DNA of 64,000 nucleotides from Carcharhinus amblyrhynchos. Its lineage: Eukaryota. Shown here piece after piece: positions 1 through 14,150 of the stretch; position 1 is the stretch's first letter, and the number at the start of each line of letters is the position of its first letter. The translations under genes were made by a program, and so were the position numbers. The stretch is from positions 18,848,001-18,912,000 of the forward strand of contig OZ336881.1 in assembly GCA_965287045.1 (NCBI GenBank). The letters are read 5' to 3'. Below the pieces are notes generated by a model. It searched no databases and was not told where the DNA came from. It was given only the letters and a program-made list of their open reading frames with translations.

Positions 1-3000
1 AGGATCCTGAATGCCTCTATCAAATCTCCTAATCACATCTTTGAGTAAGGGTTCCAATATTATTGCTACCACTAAAGTAAAGCTAATTTGTCTATAGTTG
101 ACTGAATTTGTTCCATCTCCTTTTCAGATAGCAGCTTTCACACATCATGAGCCGAATGGTGAGACCTGAAGGTGCATGTGGGATTTGAACACGATTTATG
201 CTAACATTCGTCAATTTTCATTTTTTCTTTTGAGACATTAAAACCAAAGCCGCTATGACTGTAACACTACATTCTGCACTCTGTTTCATTCTCTGTGTAC
301 AAAGAACAACACAGCACAGGAAACAGGCCCTTCGGCCCAACAAGCCCATACCAGCCATTTTAACACTCAATGAGTGCCTCATTCCAATCCTCCTTCTACC
401 TATGACTTTTGTCTACTGCACCGTATGCTTTGTCTGTAGAGTGTGCAAGAAATAATACTTTTCACTGTATGCTAATACATGTGGCAATAATAAATTAAAT
501 CATAATAGTAGATCATACGAAATGAGCCAAAGTAGGCCTTTTGGCCCTGCTCCACTAATCTATAATATCTCAACTGGTCAATCTGACGCTTTAATTCTAC
601 TTTCCTGCCTATTCTCATAATCCTTGACTCAACTGTAGATCAAAGATCTACTTAACTCAGCCTTGAATATATTCAATGACTCATTGTTCTCAATGAAACA
701 GAATTCCAAAGACTACACAACAATCTGAGAAAAAAAACATTCTTCCTCACCTCCATTTTACATGGGAAACTACTTATTTTTAAAACGTCATAACGGTTTA
801 CAGCGTAGAAAAAGGCCCTTCAGCCCATCAAGTCTGCACCAAAGACAAGCCATCCAACTCTCCTAATCCCATTTTCCAGCGCTTGGTCCATAGCCTTGTG
901 GTCGCAGGTGCACATCTAAATACTCTTAAACGTTATGAGGGTTTCTGCCTCCACCACTCTTTCAGGAGGTGTACCCTAGTTCTAGTTTCCCCATGAAGGG
1001 GGACTAGAGCCATCATTGTGTCAAGGCCTACTCAGTTTGAAATCTCCATCCTTATAAACTTGAAGTATAACAGAAGCATCAACCATTAACATTCATGAGT
1101 GCAGTAAGTGGAGCTGAATGCATAAAAAGATCAGCCATGATCTTATTGAATGGCGGAGCAGGTTCGAGAGGCCAGATGGCCTACTCCTGCTCCAAGCTCT
1201 TATGTTCTTTTGACTCAGTAGGCGCAATCTCACCAGAGTTGGTATTCGTTGGTTCAAGCCCCATTCTGGAAATAATTAAAATTGGCACTTGAGGCGAGTA
1301 CTGAGGTAATACTGCACTGTCAGAAATGCCATGTTAAACCAAGGACATGTCTGTGCTTTCAATTGACTTAAATAAAATCCTATGGGACTAACAAGACAAC
1401 AAGAAATGTTGTTTGCCTCCATCTCCAGTCCAATCGCTCAAAGTAATCACTTAAATAGAAGTCTGATCATTATCGCATTGCTGTTTGAGAGAGATTGCTG
1501 TGCACAACTTGATTGCCACATTTCTTACAACAGTGACTATATTTCAAAAGTACTTCATTGGTTGTAAAGTGTCTTAGGACAACCCGGGGTTGCTATCCAA
1601 GTGCAAGCCTTTCTTTACATTAACCTGCATGACATTCTGACAAGATACTGAAAGTAATCAAGCCACGTTCAGGTACACAACTTCATATCTGGTAAAATCC
1701 CAATGTTACCAAGGAACTAATGGAGCTGGCCAGTTCTTCCACAGTAGGAAAGGAACGAAGGACTAAAAGCAACACAAATGGCATGAACAAAGTAACAAGG
1801 AGAGAACAGATGATAAAACCATGAAAACAGGGCATGAGGGGGTTGAAATTGAGCTTGATGAGTGGACAAGGAACAGAGCCGCCAATAGCAGGTCAGTCAT
1901 CATACACCCTTTTCCCACAGAAGTCAATGGGAAAGAAAACCAGGCAAGATGTAAAAACGGGCATCCGTTCCAACTGCAACGCCTTCATGCCCCCTTCCAA
2001 GTTGAAGTTTACCCACCCACACAAGCCTCCCCCCACCGACAGAATTTACTCCACAGAAACAGTCCAATTGGCCAACATATCCAAAGTAAATGCTCCACAC
2101 CAGCCTCTCCCTACACAATCAGCATATCCTTTATTCTCTCCCTCACCACATGCATTTATCTTAGCATTCCCTTAAATGCATCTTTGGTATTTGTCTCAGC
2201 CATGTGGCAGCAGATTCTATATTTTAACCATTTTTTCAAAAAAAAAAGTTTCTCCTGAATTCAGATTTTTGAGATATAAAACTGAACTGAATATAGCTAT
2301 TTAGAAAATGACAAACAAATGGTAATCCCTGTATTTATATAACATAAAATGGACCTAAAGATTTACAAATACATTTTTCCAAATTAATGAGTCTGCTAGC
2401 TTATCATTTTATTGCCTGAAAGCCCAAGGACAAGGAATGTACAGCAAATGGCTCTGCAGTGACAGATGCAAATAGAAAATCTGACCCAGAACATAATCAA
2501 AGTTCACTCGAAATTATCGGAATTGAGATGATATCCAATCTGTACGGGGTACGGATAAAATGACAAAGTCTGACCTTTACTCTTGTGGGTCATGGTGTGA
2601 TATGAGCCCTTTAATTACATTAGCGTCACTGAAAGATAGAGTTTCCAAGGTTTAAAATAAAATATTCTGGGGTTTGGCTCAACTGCCTTTTGCAGGAAAT
2701 CAGTTTGAAATGTTCCAGAAGCTTTCCTCCGAATGTTAGTAAGAACAGTTTTGTCAATGATAGGATATATTTTAAAATTCAGAAAGATAGGTTGGTAAAC
2801 ACACGAAACAACATAACCTACGAGAATTGCAGTTCAGAAAGCAACCAAATAAGGTCCCGTTGATAAGTATAGAATTTAGGGTTATTAGGCTAGGGAATAA
2901 ATCAAGGGCACCTTGAAGGAAGTTCAGTAGGTAAGCTGAACAGATCAATGATCTATTCCTACCTGAAATTGTTACCTCATTAGCCTGTACATCTCTCAGA

Positions 3001-6000
3001 TTATTTAAACTGCTCCACAGCAGCTATTTCAAGGTTGTCAGCTAATCTCTCACTCATGTTATTTACGATACCACCTGAATTCCCTTGACGGAATTACTGA
3101 ACAGTAATCCCTCCTGGGTATCCATTATCTCCATGTAATACAATCCAAGCCAGCTATTATTCCATTTGTGTATGCTAAACAACACACTTGGTGCTCTGCC
3201 AAAGGTGCAATATGAGTTCAGAAGCACTGTTATACAAAACTGTTAAAATGGCATATTAATATCTCAAAGTCTAGTACAGATCTGACAGAAGAATTTTAAT
3301 GTTTAACTGTACAAGAGTTATTAATGGTTTAACATTTTATGCTATTTATTCTTAATGGTAATTCTATATACACATTCATTTAAAAATGGGAACAGGGTTT
3401 TACAATTTCTTAGAAATTTTTAAATTAAAGCATTTGGGAACTAAAGAAAGGAAAATAACAATTTAACGTGTTGACAAATCAAATCTTTTAGAACTGCATT
3501 CCAGGACATATCAACTTTCATCTGATTAAGATACTCAACTTTGCATAGACAGAAACTGAACCAAATCTAGATGGACATAGCCTGTTCTGGTTTCCATTCG
3601 ATCACTAGGATCATATTGGATTTCTACTAGGTTGGCCAAGGAGAACTAAATACAAAATGCAAACGACTTAATTAAGATAATTACCTCAAAATACAAGGTC
3701 AGACTGGGACCTTCCAACTATGACAGGGCAGAATGAATGGCAATAAAGAGAGGAAAAAGAAAGGTAAATGAAATTTAAAACATGGGAAGGCTCGTAAACT
3801 GCCTTTCTTTTTAAACACAGTGGAGCTATTTAGAGGTACACACCATTATTCCAGAAGACGATTTTTTAAAGAATTTGCAACCTTATGTGCTTTAAAAATG
3901 GGAAAAATGCTGGAATGTTTAGTAAATTTAACTGTTGACAACTTACAAAGAAACTCAGTATTAACAAAAATCAATTCTTCCAGTTCATTCAGCTGAAACC
4001 TTTCATGCTGAGGCTGGTTTCCTTTGGGTGAGAGGGGAGGAGAAGAGCTGATGTGTCGTTTCCCTCTAGAGTGGAAAATTTGTTGAGAACGAAATAAGTC
4101 ACTGTCGTCTGGAAACACCACTCAAATCTTTGAGAACAGTTAATCTGTATCAAGGACTCCTTCTTAAGCAAATGGGAACACAGCATTGGTTTTGGCTTCA
4201 GATGCCTGGTCCGCGCACACTGCTTCCAAAGTTGAAACTGGAAGTAAAGCCCATCTGAAGCCTCTATGGAGTTTGCACATTTTCCCTCTGGCTGAGTGGG
4301 TTCCTTCCCACTCAGATAGATGGGCCCTGCTATTAGAGTCAGAGGATTAGCAGGGTAAATAGGTAGGGTTGGAGAGATAGGGTCTGGGTGGAATTGTTGT
4401 TGGTGTATGCTAGATGGGCTGAATGATCTCCTTCTGCACTGTAGGTTCTCTGTTCTATGATTCTAAACTGTTAATTACCATCTAGTTTGTTGCGTTTTGG
4501 ACTATTAAACCTAAATGTTCTTAGCCTTTTACAAATTGAAGATACATACACACAGATAATAAGTGGAATACTCATGCCCTTAGTCAATTTTTAAAGGACG
4601 TATGCAGTTGGCTCAGTGGTAGCACTTCATTTCTAAGTTACGTGTCAACTCTGACTCAGAGGGTGTGCGCATACAACCAAGTCAGAAGGTCATAAGTTCC
4701 AGTTCTATAACAAAGACTTGAGCATATAATCTAGGCCTACACACCAGTGCAATAATGAAGACATTATCCTTCAGATGACATGTCATAGTGAGACCTTCAT
4801 CTTCCTTTTTCTTTTAAAGTTTATTAATTAGTCACAAGTAAGGCTTACATTAACACTGCAATGAAGTTACTGTGAAATTCCCCTAGTTGCCACTCTCCGG
4901 GTCAATGCACCTAACCAGCATGTCTTTCAGACCGTGGGAGGAAACCCACGCAGACACAGGGACAAAAATTCAAACTCAAGTACAGTCAGTGATCCAAGCC
5001 AGAAATCGAACCCGGGTCCCTGGTGCTATGAGGCAGCAATGCTAGCCACTGTGCCATCATCCTCTCAGGGGTATGGAAAAAATCCCATGGTACAATTTCA
5101 AAAAGAGCAAGGGAAGTTCACCTTGGTATTCTAGCCAATATTATCCTTCATCACGAACAACATAAATTGGCACTCTCATTTCTTCCAACAGTGTTCATAC
5201 TTAATAGGATTTAGCTGACGCAAGGGTTCAAAATAAATGGGGGAACAAGAAACACTATTAGTAGCCCACAAAAAGGTGATGACAGGGCAACAAATTCAAG
5301 AAAGGTCACTCCTGTTCCATCCATTGTGGTTCCTCTGTCCAGTTATGAAGATATGAATGAGCAAGAAGCAGGAAAATAATATCCAGTTTAATTGGAGGAG
5401 CAGTCAGTAAGTGTGGGAGGATGTGAAAAATTGCTCCTCCACTCCCAAATTCCGTCTCTGCCACGCTGCTGCCTCATCTCCTTCAATGATACGGTCCCTC
5501 TCGTTCACTCATGCTGTTCCATGCAGAGACAGAAGCTATGATTGGAGGAGCAGCAAGAGCAGGAGATAGATAATGACCCATTCAACCTGAACATTTGCCA
5601 GGGCAGTGACAACCAGTTTGAACCAAACTTTCAATATCCTCTGGGACTAGAATGAGGTCTAGACGTAAAAAAAAACAAAAAAAAGGACAGGAATAAGTGC
5701 CGAGGGCCTGCAGAGAACAGGGGCGGCAGCCCGTGGAGAGGTCAGTTATATTTTAATTTTGTGTGGTGGGGACTACAGAGGCAATGAGAAATGAGAAGAG
5801 AACCATGCAGATTCATTTGGCCTTTTACTAACTTAACAAAACTGCTCACGCCTATTTGATTTCTGTTTCATTGCATCAAACAATCTGATCTTTGTTTACT
5901 ATTGTAAATTGCGCAACCATGTGTTTCCAAATAAAGACATTACTTTGCAAAATAAGATTTTAATCTAACACTGACACATGATTAGCATACTATTTTGATC

Positions 6001-6649
6001 TGCTAAATCCTTGGCTTGAAATTGAATGAGCTATTATATACTAGCATCTCTCCTTTGGTATTTGTGCTATCTTGGGCTAAAGAAGAAAACCCTGAAAAAA
6101 TTTGACACAAATACAGAAGATAATGCTGCTACATTACTCTATCACCTAATAAAAGACAAGGTGAAAAATAAAATGAAGCCCCTGAAATTCAAAAAGTAGC
6201 CCTTTAAAAAATAAAAAAAACAAACAAATATATTTATTTTTATCTGACTAAAGTGTTTTGGAACATACAGAGGTCGCAAAACATGCTTCATAAATAAACA
6301 TTATTTCTTTATTCAGGAGATGCAAAGATCATTCTTTAAGTTGGCTACATAATCTAGTTTAATCATTCAGTTTAGCATAACTCTCTGGTTTCGTTGCCCA
6401 TATGGGTGGAAAAAGTAGAGAATTCTCCCCTCCATCCTCCCCAATATTCATCCTTCAACCACACCATCACAAACTGGTCATACATTGCATTAATGTTGTA
6501 CTTGCTTACTTCAGTCAATTCACTTGAAAGTAAAAGCATTTTGGAAAGTTTGAAAAACATGCTAAGATGAATACATTCACCTTTTGATGACATATGCATA
6601 TAAATTATTCCACCATCTCTTAAGAGCATGGTGCAAGATGACTCAGCTG

Positions 6650-7975
6650 ATTAACAATCATAACTTTGCCATAGCTTGGGAGATCATTAATAGTCACTGA
6701 GAAAGGTTGAATAATTAAAACTCAAATTGCCCTTAACTAACTTGAGGTAATAGATGAGGATAATGCAATGGATAAGTTCAATATTGTTGAAAAGGCATTC
6801 GATAACTTGTCAGCAAAGTTAAAACCCACGGAATAAAAAATGACACTACCAACATGGATGCAAAGTTTGCTGACTGACAGGGGACAATAATTGTAAGCTG
6901 TTGTTTTTCCAGACAGGAGGAAGGCTTTTGGGGTTCTCCAGACATTGTTGATAGGACTTCAATCATATTTATTAATGATCTGGACTTGATGAAACAAAAT
7001 TTAAAAGTGTGTGAATTGTTAGGAAGTCGATGGTAAACTTGAAGAGGACATGAGCAGGCTGGTGGAATGGGAGCACAAGTGGCAGATGAAATTTAATGCC
7101 GAGAAATTGGAGTGATGCATTTTGGTGTGAAGAGCAAGAAGCAACAACATAAATGGTAAAAAAGTAAAGGTAAAGTAGCCATAGACCCAGATGATCACCG
7201 GCTGTTCTCCCTTTTGAGATCGAGCTAACTGGTGATGATTGAACAGAGGATCACTATATCTCAGGTGAGGGGCAAGACTGAGAAGGCAGGTCTTCATGAA
7301 TAACCTCAGCCATTTCAGGAATTGAACCTGTGCTGTTGGTGTTGTTCTGCATCACCAACCACCTATCCAGCCAACTGAGCTTATTGGCTCTCCAAATATA
7401 AAGGGTACAATTCTAAAGAGGGCGTAGGAACACCTTGGGGAGAGATGTGCACAAATCATTGAAGGCAGTAGGGAAAGTTGAAAAAACTTAATAAAGCTAG
7501 CAAGGTTCTGAGTTATATTAATAAAGGTGTAGAATACAAAAATAAGGAAGTTATGATAAACCTGTATAAAACATTGGTCTAAACTCCACTGGAGTAATGT
7601 GTCCAGTTTAGGAAACCACACTTTAGAAAGGATGTATTGGCATCAGAGAGGGTAAAAAAGGTTCATATGAATAGTTCCCGATGATATGGATAGGTTGGGG
7701 AAGCTGTGGCTATTCTCCTGAAAGAAAATTAAGAGGCGATTTAACTGAGATATTCAGATCAATGAAGAATCTGGACAGGGCAAAGAGGAAGATATTGTTC
7801 CTGTTGGTAGAATCAAGAACCAGAGTACTCCGACTATCTGTGTTTGGTCAAAGAAGAAATGATTAAATGAGGAAAACTTCTTTTTTGCAACCGATCAGGT
7901 GGTTAGGATCTGAAATGTATTGTGGTGGAGGTAGATTCAATAAAGCTCTTCAGAAAATTAGATAATTGTTAAATT
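6650..7975 (+). mobile_element. Degraded CR1 LINE with nested minus-strand tRNA SINE (about 7160-7390)
   Basis: KAFD, RP.LEY, RGDL.E remnants; SINE head with gctcagttgg / ggttcaattcc boxes on the minus strand. Confidence 0.75.
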
Positions 7976-9269
7976 TATTTCATGGGAATTGGATGTTGTT
8001 ATCAAAGCCAGCATTTGATGCCCATCCCTAATTACCATTTCATAGGGCAGTAAGAGTCAACCCGATTGCTGTGGGTCTGGGGTCACATATAGGTAAGGAT
8101 GGTAGATTTGCTTCCTTTAAAAGGGTATTAGCAAATCAGATTTTTTTTAATAATATCAACTGCAGTTTCAAGTTCACCATTACCAAGGCTAGATTTATTA
8201 ATTACATTTAAATTCCACCAGTTACCATAGCAGGATTTGAACATATGCCCCCACAGTATTAGCCTGGGCCTCTGGAGTAACATCCAGAGACATTACCATT
8301 ATGTTATCATCTACCTCCCCATTACTTCCCCAACCTAACCTGTGGAGAAAACACATGCAGGGCAGGTTAAAAAAAAGGCAGGGGTCTGTAAGTAGGAGAG
8401 CAGCTCTTGCAGATAGCAGATAGACAATACAGGCCTCCTTTTGTGCAGTACTACAATTCTATAAACTCTTGCTTAAAAATAGTTTCTCCTTTAGGAAAGA
8501 ACCTTCACACGAAGCTATTTCTAGACGGCTGACAGGCTGACTTCAGTCTGAATTATTCAAAACAGGAATTATAAATCAGTATGGGTTACAGGCCAGAGAA
8601 TCATTCCATCAGTGGTGCTTGAGACCAATTATCAGATGTCTTGTGACAACATCCCTGAACTGTCCTGGCATGGTGGAGATTCTACCAAAGAATGTCAGAA
8701 GGCTGGAGGGGGGCATCAGTAGTGGAAAAATATTGATCCACAATAATAAAATCCTGCCGAAGAATGTGGATACTGATTGTACTTGTAGCTTTTTATTATT
8801 GATTGTATATGGAATCTAAGCTGGCAGCAAATGCAGCAGTTTCTGCTTGAGAGCTATTCTCGATTAAAACAAAGTCATCAATTTAACTGCTTTTTCAGAG
8901 TCCGCACTGCATATGCCTACAAAAAATTCACACAATCTGGCAGCAAATAGAACTTGCCCTTTGTGGAGGTGGAATAATTCACATGCTAGTTCCCCCCCCT
9001 CCTCCAAATGGGAATGAATTAGGAAGATACAAATATAAATATAATAAATGATATGCCATATATAAAATAGAAATAGAAACCATTTTTCTCCTATCCCTCT
9101 GAAAGCACTGACTTGCTGAGAAGTTTTAATATACACCAGAGATGCTCTATTACCTTGTACAAGTGGCTATAGTTCATGCATCGAACTAGACAATGAGCAA
9201 CAGCAGGATCTTCAGCCATCAGGAGCATCAGAACCTACCTGTTCACTCTACATTTTCCATCACAGGGTC

Positions 9270-10445
9270 AAAAATAAAGGAAAATTCAAAAGGTGTTTTA
9301 TAAGTATATTAAGGCCAGGAGGATGACCAAGGATGAAGTAGGGCCCATTAGGGACCAATGTGGCAATGTGAGGAGCCAGAAGATGTAGGTGAGGTTTTAA
9401 ATGAGTACATTCTGTGTTCACTGTGGAGAAGGATGATGTAGATATAGAAATCAGGGAGGGCACTGCGATTTACTTGAAAAACTTAACATCGAAAGGGAGG
9501 AGATGTTAATAGTTTTAACAGGCCTAAATTCTCCAAGCCCAAATGAGATTTATCCCAGGTTGCTGTGGGAGACAAGGGATGAGATTACAGCAGCTCTGAC
9601 AATTTTCACATCTTCTCTGGCCATGGGAGAGGTGCCAGGGGATTGGAGGACAGTTAATGTGGTACCATTATTCAACTGAAGTAGGGAAAAACTAGGAAAG
9701 TACAGGCCAGCGAATTAACTTCAGCGGTGGGAAAATGATTGGAAAAAATTCTGAGGGACAGAATAGGAAGGGAAGGATTACTCAAGGATAGTCATCATGG
9801 CTTTGTCAAAGAGAGATCATTTTTAACAAACTTTTCAAGGAGGTCATTAGATGTGTAGATGAGGGTAGTGCAGTTGATGTAGTCTACATGGACTTCAGTA
9901 AGCCTTTTGACAAGGTCCCATATGGAAGGCTGATGAAGAAGCATCCAAGGGATCCAGGGAAATTTAGAAAACTTAGTGATAGGAGGCAGAGGGTAATGCC
10001 AAAGAAGCCCATATTCAGTGGTGTTCCGCAGGGATTGGTGCTGGATCTCTTGTTGTTTGTAGTGTATATTAATGATCTGAATACAGGAAGTAAGTTCATA
10101 GATGACACAAAAATTGGTGATGTAATAGATAACGAAGAGCAAAGTCTTAGCTTACCAGAAGTTAAGGGACAGGAGTTTATAGGAGATGTAAGAACATAAG
10201 AAGGAAAATCTTTTTCACCCAGAAGTTAGTGGGAATCTGGAACTCACTGCCTGAAAGGGTGGTAGAGGTGGGAACCTTCACAACATTAACAGGTATTTCA
10301 ATGAGCATTTAAAATACCATGGCGTACAAAGCTATGGGCCAAGTGCTGGAAAATGGGATTAGAACAGATAGGTGCTTGATTTCAAGCACAAACACAAGAG
10401 GCCTAAGAGTCTCTTTCTGTGGTGTAAAACTCTATGACTCTAACT
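9270..10445 (+). mobile_element. Degraded CR1 LINE
   Basis: MDFSKPFDKVPYGRL, GVPQG, KFIDDTKIG in ORF 9888-10199; tail ctctatgactct. Confidence 0.88.
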
Positions 10446-10452
10446 CTCTCGC

Positions 10453-10748
10453 CTCCAAATAGATTTTTTTTAAATCCAGTCCAATCAAGTCCAATTCAGA
10501 GTCTCAACAAGTTGAGACATTCTCGATCCAAGCTGACAAGACAGGGCTTTCATCTCCTGTCTTGGGCTTCATCTACATGATCCAAGCTGATTGGAACAGG
10601 CATTGCACCTTCTCCGAGGCTTGATCTCATTTGCATCTTAGCCAAAAGGCCGACATGCCGCTTATAAAAATTGCTTCAAATGAAGCCAAAATGTAACTAA
10701 TGACTTCAGCCAAGTGCAGCATGTCGATATTACACTTGATCTTAGCCA
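10453..10748 (-). repeat. Composite U2-snRNA-derived repeat (copy A)
   Basis: Minus strand TGGCTAAGATCAAGTGTAATATC (10748-10726), TCGGCCTTTTGGCTAAGAT (10653-10635), then the same gatcaagcc...gcaatgcctg...tcagcttggatc units as copy B. Confidence 0.78.
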
Positions 10749-10830
10749 TACTCTCTGACCTCTGAATAGATTATTGATTAACAAGGGGTGAAAGGTTATC
10801 GAGGGGATAATGGGAGTGTGGAGTTGAGGG

Positions 10831-11135
10831 TGTTTCTTCACAAGGAACTCTTCAAAATGCAGCTCATGAAAATACAACAAAAAACTTACTCCAACTTATG
10901 AATCAAAGAAAGGGATTAATAAAGAAACATCATTACTCCAAATTTGGGGCCTCGTCCAGGCCACTCCAAGTTCTCCACAATTCTACACACAGTTCCTTAT
11001 TTATAGTGAATCAGCTGGTCAGCAGACTATTACATCACTCTAATTTGTTCCATGATTTACTGGGTCGGCTGACCCTTACATTTTATTCCCATTGGTCACA
11101 TTACATGCAAAGGTGTCACCTATTACATTCAAACA
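10831..11135 (-). mobile_element. Candidate solo LTR inserted in a CR1 3' end
   Basis: TGTTT...AAACA termini, flanks GAGGG/GCGGG, CCAAT and TATAAATA on the minus strand. Confidence 0.55.
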
Positions 11136-13189
11136 GCGGGTACAATCAGGTCAATCTTATTGAATAACAGGCTTGAGGGGCCTGCTCCTAAGTTATATAT
11201 TCATAAATTCAATTGAGGTATTCAAGAGAGAATTGGATTTCTATCTGAAAAGGAAGAATGTGCATTGTTACAGGAATAAGGCAGGAGAATAGGACTAGGA
11301 CTAGTAGGGCCCAATGACCTCCTCTTGCACTGTAAATTTTCTGTAATAATCTAGGCTTTAGAATTATAAACAATTTCTAAACTTGGGGACAATGTTAAAC
11401 TAAAAGAAAAAATTAACAGAATTGAGGACGAGAACCATTGACAAGACAACAATAAACTTGTCAAATGGGTTTGTAATTGGCAAATGAATTTCAACATAGA
11501 AAGATACATGGACCTCACATTATCCAAGAGAAATAATGTTACATATTTCTTGGGAAATAAGAAATTAAATGGGGTAGAGGAGCAAATGAATCCGGGAGCA
11601 CAAATTGCTAAAAACAAAAGCAACACATATCAATAACACCAAAAGAAAAATAAACCAAGAAAGATAGGTTATTTCTAGAAGGGCAGGATTGAAAAGTGGG
11701 GAACATAGAGCACAGAATACTCCAGTTTTTATTATTAGGTCACCATATTCTGAAGAAGATGAAAGAGGTACTGAAGAGGATGCAAACATATTTATAAGGA
11801 TTATTTCAGAACTGCAAGGATACACCCATTAAGAAAGCAAAAAATTAATCCAGTTTCTTTTACCTTAAAAAGTGAAGACTGATAGGGAACCCAAAAAACT
11901 GTCGAAGTACTTAAGGTTTTGACAGAATGGATACAGAGGACGGATTTTACCATTGTACAGAAAGTCCCAGTATCAGGCACAATGATTTCATGGGCAGGCA
12001 ACAGTATAGGAAACTAGACTTGCAAGCTATGTCCAGTTAACCGCAGGCAGGCTTGGGAACCAGCCAATAGCAGCTGGTGGGTGGGAAGTCCAGGCAGCTG
12101 AAACGGAGGCGTCAAATTTAAAGGGCAGTCAACACTGGGATCATAGGTTTCATACATTGAGAAGACTGAAACAGAGGCCAAACGAGAGAGTGTTTGAAGT
12201 AATGGTTTCACACACAGCCAGGTAACATTTAAAAGTCATATCAAAACTGCAATCAGTTGACTTGTTAACAAGTTTAACTGCCTGTCTGCTGCTGCCATGT
12301 GTGCTCATCATCCTGCGGTCCACCACTGTCGAGGATATTTCAACAGCAGCAGGGACAAGTCAAGCTTCTGCTTCAATACGTGCAGCACACTTTCTGCTTC
12401 AAAATTTCACAGCAATTATATGGAGGCGAGAGCTCAATGGTACCTCAGTGTTGGCTGGTAGTGTAATTCATTTAAGAGTAGCAGTGTTGCAATACTGGGA
12501 GTACAAGAATCAGTAAAACATTGGAGTAATGCCCTGGAGATTCTGCTGAGTGGATGCAATCATGAGGCAGAACAATGAAAGGGAAACTCCAAAATGCAAT
12601 TCATTCATTCAGCCAGGGGTTAATAGACTTTGAGAGGTGAGTGCTTAAATAACAATAGATCTCACAAACTCAGATTTTAAGTGCTCCAAATGAGAAGGGA
12701 AAAACACAGAGGGAGATGGGTTAAGCCAGCCGGAGTGACGTTGCAACTTCCAAATGACCAGCGGGTTCATCAGGGTGTAAAAAGACATGGAACAGGAGAG
12801 TGAGGAGGGCCACGCAATACGGTAACCCCTGCTACATTACCGGGCCAACCATTTACTAGCCTGTCACGCCAGGGCTGATAAAACCCTGCTGAGAAAGAAC
12901 ATTTTCACATGTGGGGGGGGAAAGAGTAAATCAGAGGCCATCAATTTAAGATAATAAATAATATCATAACAATAAATAAATAATAATAATAAAATGAAAA
13001 ATCAAATGAGTTCAGAATAAACATCTTGAATATGATGTGGCATGAATATGGAGCCTGCTACCATAGGGAGTTGTTGAGGCAAACAGTACAGCGTATAAGG
13101 GAATCTAGATAGACATACAAAAAAGGTGGAATAGAAAGTTTTGTGAATAGAGTTAATTGAGGCTCAAAACAGGCTCAAACATAACTGAT

Positions 13190-14150
13190 TAGAAACACAG
13201 AAAATAGGAGGAAGAGTAGGCTACTTGGCCCTTTGAGCTGCTCCGCCACTCAATATGATCATGGTTGATCCTCTATCTCAACACCACACATCTGTGCTCT
13301 CCCCATACCTCTTGATGCTAAGTCTAAAAAAATCTATTTCCATCTTAAATATATTAAGTGACTTGGCCTCTACAGCCTTCTGGGGTAAAGAATTCCACAG
13401 GTTCACCAGCCTCGGGAGTGAAAAAACTTCTCATTTCAGTCTCAGGATATGGGGTAGACCACCTGATGGTCTACCCATATCCTAAGACTCTGACCCCCTT
13501 GTTTTAGAACCCCCCCCCAGTTGAAACAGCATCACTAAATCCAGTCTGTTCAGCGGCGCTCAAATTTTATACATTTCAAATAGATCCCCCCTCAATCTTC
13601 TAAATTCCAGCAAATACAGGCCCAGTCAACCGTATCTCCCTTCATATAACAATCTTGCTATCCCAGGAATTGGTTTGCTGTGCATTTACTGCACTCCCTC
13701 TACAGCAAGTATATCCTTTCTTATATAAGGAGACCAAAGCTGCACACCAAGGCCGTGTACCGCTGCAGTAAAACATCTTTGTTCCTGTACACAAGAACAC
13801 TTGCAGTGATGGCCAATATTTGCCTTCCCAACTGCTTGCTGTACCTCCATGCTTGCTTTCAGTGGTTGATGTACTAGGATACCCAGTCCAAATCATTGGT
13901 GTATATTGTGAATAGCGAATATTGTGAAAAGGACTCACTTTGAAAAAGGCTTATTTACTCCTACAATGTTTCCTGACCAATTTTCAATCCACATTAATAT
14001 ATTACCCCCAATCCCATGTATTTTAAATTTTTCACACTAGCCTCTTATATGGAACTTTATCGCCCACTGGTTCATCCTCATCTATTTTACTAGTTACATC
14101 CTCCAAGAAAACTGCAAACATGATTTCCCTTTCATAAATCCACATTGGGC
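13190..14150 (-). mobile_element. Degraded CR1 LINE 3' portion
   Basis: Reverse-complement CR1 3' UTR (aaataggag...ggcccttt...ccgccactcaat) and RT remnants. Confidence 0.8.
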
